Positions 1 through 7,537 of a stretch of DNA of 64,000 nucleotides are shown piece by piece. A program made the position numbers and the translations under genes. A model generated the notes under the pieces. The model saw only the letters and a program-made list of their open reading frames with translations, was not told where the DNA came from and did not search any database. This DNA is from Gemmatimonadales bacterium. GTDB taxonomy: Bacteria; Gemmatimonadota; Gemmatimonadetes; Gemmatimonadales; GWC2-71-9. Location: assembly GCA_035693225.1 (NCBI GenBank), contig DASSGV010000029.1, positions 1,284 to 65,283 of the forward strand, read 5' to 3'. Positions within the stretch are counted from its first letter, which is position 1. Every line of letters starts with the position of its first letter.

Positions 1-2
1 AC

Positions 3-275
3 AACGGTTCGACCGGAAGCATCGACCTGACGTTCGGTGGTGCCCCCGACCCGCGCGCCGGGTGCGGCGCCTGGCTGACCCCCGCGAACATGCCGGCCTC
101 CCCCAACTGCGTGGCGCTGATCCGTGCCGAACAACGCTTCGGGAATGGCGATGGGATCTTCACCGTCGCGGAGCAGCAGCGTGCCTCACAGGCCCAGTAC
201 CTCCTCACGCGCGGCCTCGCCGCCCTCACAGACCTCCCGCGCCGGATCCGGATCGGAATCGAGATGAAGCTCTAG
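3..275 (+). CDS. 3' end of an unidentified protein-coding gene (partial, continues upstream of window)
   Basis: Frame open from window edge to TAG 273-275 with strong G/C third-position bias; no domain recognised. Confidence 0.4.
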   Translation, partial: NGSTGSIDLTFGGAPDPRAGCGAWLTPANMPASPNCVALIRAEQRFGNGDGIFTVAEQQRASQAQYLLTRGLAALTDLPRRIRIGIEMKL

Positions 276-1732
276 GGAGCCGGCCTGGCCACGCACTCGG
301 GATGATCGGCCGCTGAATCAAGCGCCGTGATCAGCCGTGCCGCCCGCCACCGGGCAAGGTTCCAGGTGCGCCAATCGCCGCCGCTCCGTTGCCGCTTCCG
401 TGAGGCCTCGAGCCCCGCCACCACTGCGCAACGATCCATCACCGACAGCTTCGGCAGCGCCGCGACCAGGGCCGGCACGGCGTCGGCGCTCAGCCCGGTC
501 AGGTACGCGGCGTCAAACGGCGCGCCGGCGACCGCACGCCCGACGTTCACATCGACCACGAACCCTTCCGGGTTCCCGACGTCGAGGACGGCGAGCCACA
601 CGGTGGCAGCGAGCAGTGCACCGATCACGAACCGATCCCGCCGCCCTCGCAGCACGGTGACACCGAACCACGCCGCTGCCACTGCGATCCACCCGATGGC
701 CATCCCGGCATAGAGGCGGGTGGGGCTCAGGCCGTAGAGCGACACGTAGAGCCCCATCCGGTAGCCGGCGGACACAAGGATGAGCCCCAGGAGGGTGAGG
801 ATCCCCCAGGCCAGGGCTCGCGCGCCGACGGCCAGTCCGTTGCCCCAGTCGATCACAAGCAGCAGCCCCAGCGTCAATGCTCCCACCGCGACGAGTTGGA
901 AGAACCCCTGCCGGGCATACTCGGCGAAGGTCAGCCCGCTCTCCGCCGAGACGAATGCAGCACCGCCGAAGAGCGCGCGGAGCTGGACCGCCACGAAGAG
1001 CGCGAACAGAAGCCCGACCGCTACCAGGACCGTCCGCACCTCGACCACGCCGAATCGCGGCGGTGTCGGGGGCATTGCCCCCGGATCCTGCGGGCGCACC
1101 AGCAGCGCACGGAGATACCCCGCCGTGATCCAGGCAAAGAAACCCCACAGGAACAGATGCGAGATGAGCGTCTGCGGATTGACCCGGCCGACGACCGCGG
1201 CAAAGGCGGGGTCGCCGGCCGCGAGGAGGGCGCCCAGCACCACGACGATCGGCACGGCGATGATCCCCCCCGCCAGCACCCGGCGACCGGTCGAAGAGGC
1301 GCCCCGCCACTCCACGTCACCCAGGAGGAGGCCGGCGGCGCCGAACGCGGTGGACGCGACCGCGCGCCAGCAGGCCAGCACGATCGCCTCCGGTGTCATC
1401 CGGTCGACCCCGCCTCCACCGGCCTGGTACAGCAGGACCGCGAGCCCGGTCAGGAGCGCCACCAGGTTGAACTGCCACACCGCCTCCGACGCCCGCACGG
1501 TGGTGGCCAGGGCGGCAAGCACGCACCCTCCCGCGATCAGCCAATACCGCGGATGACGCACGGTCGATGCACCCTCGCCTCGAATGATGACGGCCGGAAT
1601 GGCCACCGCCACGATCATCCAGAGCGCCAGGTTGAGCGACCAGGGCCCCGTCCGAAGGAGGAGATCTCCCAGGAGGCCCAGGAGGCACGCGGCCGTCACT
1701 GAACGGACCGCTCGAATGTTCGAGGTCGTCAC
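272..1732 (-). CDS. Polytopic integral membrane protein (DUF4153/DUF4173-like)
   Basis: 486-aa ORF with many hydrophobic helices; GTG start overlaps the uppS stop (GTGA), implying co-transcription. Confidence 0.75.
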   Translation of the reverse strand: MTTSNIRAVRSVTAACLLGLLGDLLLRTGPWSLNLALWMIVAVAIPAVIIRGEGASTVRHPRYWLIAGGCVLAALATTVRASEAVWQFNLVALLTGLAVLLYQAGGGGVDRMTPEAIVLACWRAVASTAFGAAGLLLGDVEWRGASSTGRRVLAGGIIAVPIVVVLGALLAAGDPAFAAVVGRVNPQTLISHLFLWGFFAWITAGYLRALLVRPQDPGAMPPTPPRFGVVEVRTVLVAVGLLFALFVAVQLRALFGGAAFVSAESGLTFAEYARQGFFQLVAVGALTLGLLLVIDWGNGLAVGARALAWGILTLLGLILVSAGYRMGLYVSLYGLSPTRLYAGMAIGWIAVAAAWFGVTVLRGRRDRFVIGALLAATVWLAVLDVGNPEGFVVDVNVGRAVAGAPFDAAYLTGLSADAVPALVAALPKLSVMDRCAVVAGLEASRKRQRSGGDWRTWNLARWRAARLITALDSAADHPECVARPAP

Positions 1733-2436
1733 GCGGGGACCCTCCGAAGGTGCGTTGGCAGGGCGCCGAACCGCCGCTCCCGCGTTGCATAATCCGTGAG
1801 CGCGGACTCGAGATCGGCACCGCCGAAGTCGGGCCAGAGCAGGTCGAGGAACAGCAGCTCGGCGTACGCCGCTTCCCAGAGGAGGAAGTCGCTGAGGCGG
1901 CGCTCCCCTCCGGTCCGAACATAGAGGTCCACCGGCACCGCGGGGTGGGGGTCGTGGTCGACCGAGGCCACCAGATCGGCAAAGCGCTCGCGCGACATCG
2001 CGGTCCCACCGGCGGCCTGCGCCGCACCGAGGATCGCATCGCGACCTGAATGGTCGATCGCGATGCGGAGCCGCATCGACCGCCCGCCCGCCGTGGCCCG
2101 TTCGGCCCGATCCACCGACCGCTGGAGAGCGGCGGGGAGTCGGTCCCGACGACCCAGCACCGTCAGTGCGATCTCCTGCTCGATGCAGGTCGAGGTCTCC
2201 GCCTGGAGGAACCGGTCGAACAGCACGAGCAGGGCGTCCACCTCCGACTGCGGGCGCCGCCAGTTGTCGGCAGAGAAGGCGTAGAGCGAGAGCATCGCGA
2301 TGCCCTGCGCGCGCGCAGCCTGCACTGTGCGCCGCACCGCGTCAGCGCCGGCCCGGTGTCCGGCCGCACGCGGCAGCCCCCGTTGCTCCGCCCAGCGGCC
2401 ATTGCCGTCCATCACGATGGCAACGTGCGTCGGCAT
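1729..2436 (-). CDS. uppS: Undecaprenyl-diphosphate synthase (cis-isoprenyl transferase)
   Basis: HVAIVMDGNGRWA and YAFSADNWRRP motifs. ORF track starts at 2457, but those first codons are AT-rich, so ATG 2436 is preferred. Confidence 0.9.
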   Translation of the reverse strand: MPTHVAIVMDGNGRWAEQRGLPRAAGHRAGADAVRRTVQAARAQGIAMLSLYAFSADNWRRPQSEVDALLVLFDRFLQAETSTCIEQEIALTVLGRRDRLPAALQRSVDRAERATAGGRSMRLRIAIDHSGRDAILGAAQAAGGTAMSRERFADLVASVDHDPHPAVPVDLYVRTGGERRLSDFLLWEAAYAELLFLDLLWPDFGGADLESALTDYATRERRFGALPTHLRRVPA

Positions 2437-2472
2437 TTGTAAACTACTTTTTCCCATAAAGTAAGCCTCTCG

Positions 2473-2497
2473 AAAAAACCGGCCTGCGTTGGCCGGC
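2473..2497 (-). terminator. Rho-independent terminator after the wHTH regulator gene
   Basis: Minus strand reads CCGGCC-aacgca-GGCCGG followed by TTTTTT. Confidence 0.6.
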
Positions 2498-2503
2498 GCT
2501 CGG

Positions 2504-2538
2504 GTGGTGAGTGGTAAGTGGCGGGTGGCGGGTCACGG
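2504..2538. repeat. Heptamer tandem array (GTGGTGA GTGGTAA GTGGCGG GTGGCGG GTCACGG)
   Basis: Five consecutive 7-nt units read directly, between regulator stop (2572) and its terminator. Confidence 0.8.
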
Positions 2539-2571
2539 CCCTGATCCCACATCCATTGCCGTCCGGCCACG

Positions 2572-2946
2572 TCAGCGCTCCCGCGCCGTCCGGATGACTG
2601 CCTCCATGTGCTGCAGGTATCGCTCCAGCGCTCGGCGCCCCGCCGCCGTGAGGCGATACTCGGTCCGGGGCACCCGCCCGGCGAACGCCTTGCTGCACCC
2701 CACGTACCCGGCGTCCTCGAGCTTGCGGGCGTGAACGCTCAGGTTGCCGTCGCTGGTCCGGAGCAGCGCCTTGAGCTCCGCGAAGCTCAAGCTCGGATGC
2801 ACCGCCAGGGCGCTCACGATCGCGAGGCGCACCCGTTCGTGGATGACCCGGTCGAGCGCGAGCGGCGCCCTGGCATCTCCGGCCACCGCCGTGAGCGCTC
2901 GCACGGCATTCGGCCCCGGCTTCGGCACGGCGCCGCTCCTAGCCAC
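2572..2946 (-). CDS. Winged-helix transcriptional regulator (ArsR/MarR-like)
   Basis: VRLAIVSALA...SFAELKALL..SDGNLSVHARKLEDAGYV pattern of a wHTH; GTG start overlaps the upstream gene by 8 nt. Confidence 0.8.
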   Translation of the reverse strand: MARSGAVPKPGPNAVRALTAVAGDARAPLALDRVIHERVRLAIVSALAVHPSLSFAELKALLRTSDGNLSVHARKLEDAGYVGCSKAFAGRVPRTEYRLTAAGRRALERYLQHMEAVIRTARER

Positions 2947-3547
2947 CGTGCCTCCGCGCGATCAGCCATCCGAAGCCGATGTGCAATCCGCCGAAGCCTG
3001 CCGCCAGCAGCCAGTTCCCCTGCCCCGCCATTCCCGGCAGCAGCGCCACCCCGCCCAGCACCATGAACGCCAGTCCCATCACCGGCACCACCCGGACCGA
3101 GAAGGCACCGGCGGTGACCACGCCGGATCCATACAGGAGGAGCCAGAGCCCCGGCAGGAGCGACCGGTCGCTCCCCACCGCCGCGGTGAGCGCGGCACCG
3201 GCGAGGATGGCCGGGACGAAGCTCAGTACGAACTTCCTGGCCGGCTGGGAGAACCCCGATCCGTCGTGCGAGCGCACCTTCCGGATCGTCGCCGCGGTCC
3301 CGAGCATTGCGGCGAGCGCCGCCTCGACCAGCCACACCGTGAACCAGCGCCCCGCATCGGGCTGCCCGGCCCCGATCGCCGCGGCGGCCAACGCCGTGGC
3401 GCCCACCAGCACCAGCCCCCATCCCGGCACGTCGGTGAATTCCGCCGCTCCCGCCATGGTCCGGCGGATGAAGGAGAGGTCGGCGCGGGCGCGATCATCC
3501 AGGGGTGAGGGCTCGCGCGCCGGGGCAATGGCAGGGGGCATGGGCAT
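2939..3547 (-). CDS. Membrane protein co-transcribed with the wHTH regulator
   Basis: About 200 aa with 5-6 hydrophobic segments. Start is uncertain (TTG 3550, ATG 3547 or ATG 3541). Confidence 0.7.
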   Translation of the reverse strand: MPMPPAIAPAREPSPLDDRARADLSFIRRTMAGAAEFTDVPGWGLVLVGATALAAAAIGAGQPDAGRWFTVWLVEAALAAMLGTAATIRKVRSHDGSGFSQPARKFVLSFVPAILAGAALTAAVGSDRSLLPGLWLLLYGSGVVTAGAFSVRVVPVMGLAFMVLGGVALLPGMAGQGNWLLAAGFGGLHIGFGWLIARRHGG

Positions 3548-3549
3548 CA

Positions 3550-3578
3550 AGGATAGGGCGTCGGGGCAAATGCGTCAA
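3550..3578 (-). promoter_or_regulatory. Candidate sigma70-type promoter TTGACG-N17-TATCCT
   Basis: Minus strand -35 at 3578-3573 and -10 at 3555-3550, abutting the start codons; AAGTACTT palindrome 3577-3584 overlaps the -35. Confidence 0.3.
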
Positions 3579-3602
3579 GTACTTTGTAATGCCAAGTTAC
3601 TG

Positions 3603-6452
3603 TCACCCCGACCGGGGGGGGACCACCGCCGGTTCCGCGTCGAGCAGCGCCTCGGCGGCCTCCCGGTCGAGCGGGTGGGAGAAGAGCCAGCCCTGCACGT
3701 AGTCGCACCCGAACTGCTGCAGCATGGTCCGCTGGCGCGGCGTCTCGACCCCCTCGGCGATGACGGCCATCCCGAGGTTCTTGGCCAGCGCGATGATGGT
3801 CCGGACGATCTCGGGATTCTCCCCCGGGTTCCCGAGCTCTCCCACGAACGACCGGTCGATCTTCAGCGCATCGAGCTGGAATCGCTGGAGGTAGCTGAGC
3901 GAGGAGTAGCCGGTGCCGAAGTCGTCCACCTGCACCTGCACTCCCGCCTGCTTGAGGCCCCGCAGCACCGCCACGCTCGACTCCGCCTGCCCCATGATCG
4001 TCCCTTCGGTGATCTCCAGCCGCAACGCTCCGGAAGGGAGCGCCACCTCGGCGAGCACCGCCGCCACCTCCGCGACCAGCTCGGGTCGCTGGAACTGGCG
4101 CGCCGAGATGTTGACGCTCACCGACAACGGCCCGGAGGCCGGATGTCGGTCGAGCCATCCGCGCAGCGTCCGGCACGCTTCGCCCATCACCCACTGCCCG
4201 ATCCGGTCGATGAGCCCGGTCTCTTCCGCCAGCGGGATGAACTCCTCCGGCCCCAGGAACCCGCGCTCCGGATGGCGCCAGCGCGCCAGCGCCTCGAACC
4301 CCGTGACCCGCCCGCGGGCCAGGGACACGATGGGCTGGTAGAAGAGCACGAGCTCCTCGCGGTCGAGCGCCCGCCGCAGGTCGGTCTCGAGCTGGAGCTG
4401 GGACATCGCGTGGCTGTGCATTCCCGCGTGGAACACCCGATGGGTCGCCTTGCCCTGCGCCTTGGCGTCGTACATCGCGGTGTCGGCGTCGCGGAGCAGG
4501 TCCTCGGCGCGCTCGTGTCCGGTCACGCTGATCGCGATCCCGATGCTCGCGGTGACGAACACCTCCTGCCCCGCCAATTCGAACGGATCGCTGAGCGCTG
4601 CCTGGATCCGCCCCGCCACCTCCTCCGCACCCGCGGCCCCCGGCACCTCGTCCAGGAGGACGACGAATTCGTCGCCGCCCAGCCGGCCCACCGTGTCCCC
4701 GGGGCGGATGCAGTCCTCCAACCGGCGCGCGATCGCCACCAGCAACTGGTCGCCGTGGACGTGGCCAAGGCTGTCGTTGACGACCTTGAACCGGTCGAGA
4801 TCGAGGAAGAGCACCGCCGAGCGGCCGTCGCTGCGCCGGCCGCGCCGGATGGCGTGGCCCATCCGGTCCATGAACAGCGCACGGTTGGGAAGCCCGGTGA
4901 GCGGATCGTGGAACGCGTCGTGCAGGAGCTGCTCTTCGATCGACTTCCGTACCGTGATGTCGGTCTGTGATCCCGCCAGTCGATACGCCTTGCCGGCGGC
5001 ATCGCGCACGGCGAGCCCCCGGGTCATCACCCAGCGGTAGAGCCCATCCCGGTGGCGCATCCGGTGTTCGGTCTGGAGGTGCGGGGTGTGCCCCGCGACG
5101 TGGAGGTCGATGTCGATCTTCAACTGCTCCAGTTCGTCGGGATGCACCCGCCCGAACCACTCCTCCGGTGCGGTCCCGACCTCGTGCTCGGCCGCGCCGA
5201 CCATCGCCTTCCAGCGGGGGGAGAAGTACACCTGTCCCGCCCGGAGGTCCCAGTCCCAGAGCCCGTCGTTGGCGCCCTGCTGGGCCAGCGCATACCGCTC
5301 TTCGCTCTCCCGCAGCGCCTCCTCGGCACGCTTGCGCGCGGCGATGTCCCGCATCGTGATGACGACCCCGTCGATCGCCGGGTCGGCCAGCAGGTTGTTG
5401 GCGCTCGCCTCGAAGATCCGCCACGCGCCGTCGTGATGTCGACAGCGGAACTCGATCCGTGGCGCCGGCCCCGGCCGGTCGAGCAGCCGAACGAACCGCC
5501 CACGCACCTCGTCGACCTCGTCCGGATGCAGGAGACCGAAGGCATCCCGCCCCAGCAGCTCCTCGGTGTCGTACCCCAGGACAGTCTCGATCGAGCCGCT
5601 GGTGTAACGGACCCGACCGTCGGTGTCGAGCACCACGATGAGGTCGAGCGTGTTCGCCATGAGCGACCGGAAGTACCGGTCGCTGGTCCGGAGGGCCTCC
5701 TCGGCCCGTACCCGCGGGGTGTTGTCCCGATACAACGCGTAGACGCCGAGCTGACGCCCTTCCAGCACGATCGGGCTGCCGATGATCGAGACGTGCAGCA
5801 GCGAACCGTCGCGCCGCCGGCGCTGGGTCTCGAAGCGGACCGTCCGCCCGTGGGCCGAATCGGAGGTCAGGACCCGGGCTTCGGCGAGGGCGTGCGGGGC
5901 GAGGATCTCATCGAGCGACTGCCCCCGCACCTCGTCGGCGCTGTACCCGAAGAGCCGGGTGAATTCGGCGTTCACCCGTTCGATGTGCCCCTGGGCATCG
6001 GCGAGCAGCATCGACTCCGGGGCGTTGGCGAACAGGTGCTCGAAGTAGGCCTTCTCGATGCGGAGCGCCTCGGTGGCCCGGCGGTGGTCGTCGAACCACC
6101 GACCCAGGAAGACCACCAGGACGAGCGCCGCGACACTCACCAGCATCGCCGGCCACCACGCGACCCGATCGGGCCCGGCGGCCGGGATCACCAGGCGATC
6201 GACGACGAGGAGGAGGAGCAGGACCCCCAGCAGTCCGATGCGCCGGTCGCGCGATCGGCGCAGCAGGACCACCGACCAGATGAAGGCGGCCGATCGCAGG
6301 AGGAGCACGAGCAGGTCGGCGGGGGTCACGGGGGGCGACAGGCCTCGCTCGTCGGGGGACCGATCGTGATACGGGAAGACAGATCGTGTGCGGGGGAACG
6401 GGAAGGTACTCGCGAATGGGCCGGTTGGGAACGCGGGCCAGGGGGTGTCCAA
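3603..6452 (-). CDS. Membrane-anchored PAS-PAS-PAS-GGDEF-EAL c-di-GMP signalling protein
   Basis: RLGGDEFVVLL (GGDEF) and EALARW plus DDFGTGYSSL (EAL) motifs, several PAS-like segments, N-terminal TM helices. The exact start is uncertain (TTG 6452 or a downstream GTG). Confidence 0.9.
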   Translation of the reverse strand: MDTPWPAFPTGPFASTFPFPRTRSVFPYHDRSPDERGLSPPVTPADLLVLLLRSAAFIWSVVLLRRSRDRRIGLLGVLLLLLVVDRLVIPAAGPDRVAWWPAMLVSVAALVLVVFLGRWFDDHRRATEALRIEKAYFEHLFANAPESMLLADAQGHIERVNAEFTRLFGYSADEVRGQSLDEILAPHALAEARVLTSDSAHGRTVRFETQRRRRDGSLLHVSIIGSPIVLEGRQLGVYALYRDNTPRVRAEEALRTSDRYFRSLMANTLDLIVVLDTDGRVRYTSGSIETVLGYDTEELLGRDAFGLLHPDEVDEVRGRFVRLLDRPGPAPRIEFRCRHHDGAWRIFEASANNLLADPAIDGVVITMRDIAARKRAEEALRESEERYALAQQGANDGLWDWDLRAGQVYFSPRWKAMVGAAEHEVGTAPEEWFGRVHPDELEQLKIDIDLHVAGHTPHLQTEHRMRHRDGLYRWVMTRGLAVRDAAGKAYRLAGSQTDITVRKSIEEQLLHDAFHDPLTGLPNRALFMDRMGHAIRRGRRSDGRSAVLFLDLDRFKVVNDSLGHVHGDQLLVAIARRLEDCIRPGDTVGRLGGDEFVVLLDEVPGAAGAEEVAGRIQAALSDPFELAGQEVFVTASIGIAISVTGHERAEDLLRDADTAMYDAKAQGKATHRVFHAGMHSHAMSQLQLETDLRRALDREELVLFYQPIVSLARGRVTGFEALARWRHPERGFLGPEEFIPLAEETGLIDRIGQWVMGEACRTLRGWLDRHPASGPLSVSVNISARQFQRPELVAEVAAVLAEVALPSGALRLEITEGTIMGQAESSVAVLRGLKQAGVQVQVDDFGTGYSSLSYLQRFQLDALKIDRSFVGELGNPGENPEIVRTIIALAKNLGMAVIAEGVETPRQRTMLQQFGCDYVQGWLFSHPLDREAAEALLDAEPAVVPPRSG

Positions 6453-6526
6453 TGGACAGGGCGTCGGGCGTCATTATAGTGCTGTGGCGGCGGGATCACC
6501 GCCCTGCGCCCCTCCTGACCGGACAT

Positions 6527-7537
6527 ATGGCATTGCAGAACGGCCGTACTGCGCGGCTCGCCGCGGCGCTCATCGTCGCGCTGGGCTGTGCCCATACCGA
6601 CCCCGGCGCCCCGAACGACCCTCCCGCCACCGGCGCGTTCGACCCCGCCCCCCCGCTCCGGCTCACGCTGAACCCGGGCCAGGACCACTGGCCGGTGTGG
6701 GCGCCGGACGGCCGCAGCATCTGGTACGTCTATGAGGACCTCGACCGGGCCGATCGCGATCAGTGCCTGGGCCGGCTCCCCGCCGCCGGCGGGACCCGGA
6801 TCGTCTCGGCGTGCCAGGACACCCCCCCTGCTGCCACCGATTCCCTCGACGTCGCGCTGAGCCCCGCGGTGCGCGGCGGCCGGATCGCCTGGGTCCGGGT
6901 CACCTCACCCATCGGCGCCGTCCTGCCCGACGGCGGGGACGTCGTCGTCGCGCCGATCGGCGACCCCGCTTCCGCGACCTCCGTGCGCCACTTCCCGTAC
7001 GTCGCGCCATCGGGTGTGTTCGAGAACTTCGGGGTCGACCTGCAGTGGCTCGACGACTCCACCCTGGCATATGTCGCCGTACAGATGGGCTACAACTCGA
7101 TCTCCCACGACACGACGATCGCCGGCCAGGAAGTGGACCTGATACACCTCGCCGCAGCAGGCCCCACGGTCTCGGTGGTGGGCGGTACCACCGGCGCATC
7201 GAGCCTCGGGGTCGGCCCCGCACCAGGGCTCCTGTACTTCACCCGCGAGGGCGACAGCCGCGTCTTCCAGCTCCAGCTCCCCGACACCACGGCGACCGTC
7301 GCCTATGACTTCGGCGGGCTCGGCGTGGCGCAAGACGTACGCGCCTCCGGCACCCGCCTGCTCGCCGTGGTCGGCGGCACCGTCTACCTGGTCGACACCA
7401 CGGTGGCCACCGCGGTCACCGATTCTGGGAGCGCATGGCGCCATCCGACCTTCCGACCCGACGGTCGGGCGTTCGCGGGAGAGCGATACGATACCCTGAC
7501 CGCGACCAGCGACATCTTCGTGGACTCCCTGCCGTGA
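6527..7537 (+). CDS. Lipoprotein with PD40/TolB-like beta-propeller repeats
   Basis: Signal peptide plus lipobox (LIVALGC) from ATG 6527; WPVWAPDGRSIWY and HPTFRPDGRAF repeats. Confidence 0.7.
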   Translation: MALQNGRTARLAAALIVALGCAHTDPGAPNDPPATGAFDPAPPLRLTLNPGQDHWPVWAPDGRSIWYVYEDLDRADRDQCLGRLPAAGGTRIVSACQDTPPAATDSLDVALSPAVRGGRIAWVRVTSPIGAVLPDGGDVVVAPIGDPASATSVRHFPYVAPSGVFENFGVDLQWLDDSTLAYVAVQMGYNSISHDTTIAGQEVDLIHLAAAGPTVSVVGGTTGASSLGVGPAPGLLYFTREGDSRVFQLQLPDTTATVAYDFGGLGVAQDVRASGTRLLAVVGGTVYLVDTTVATAVTDSGSAWRHPTFRPDGRAFAGERYDTLTATSDIFVDSLP

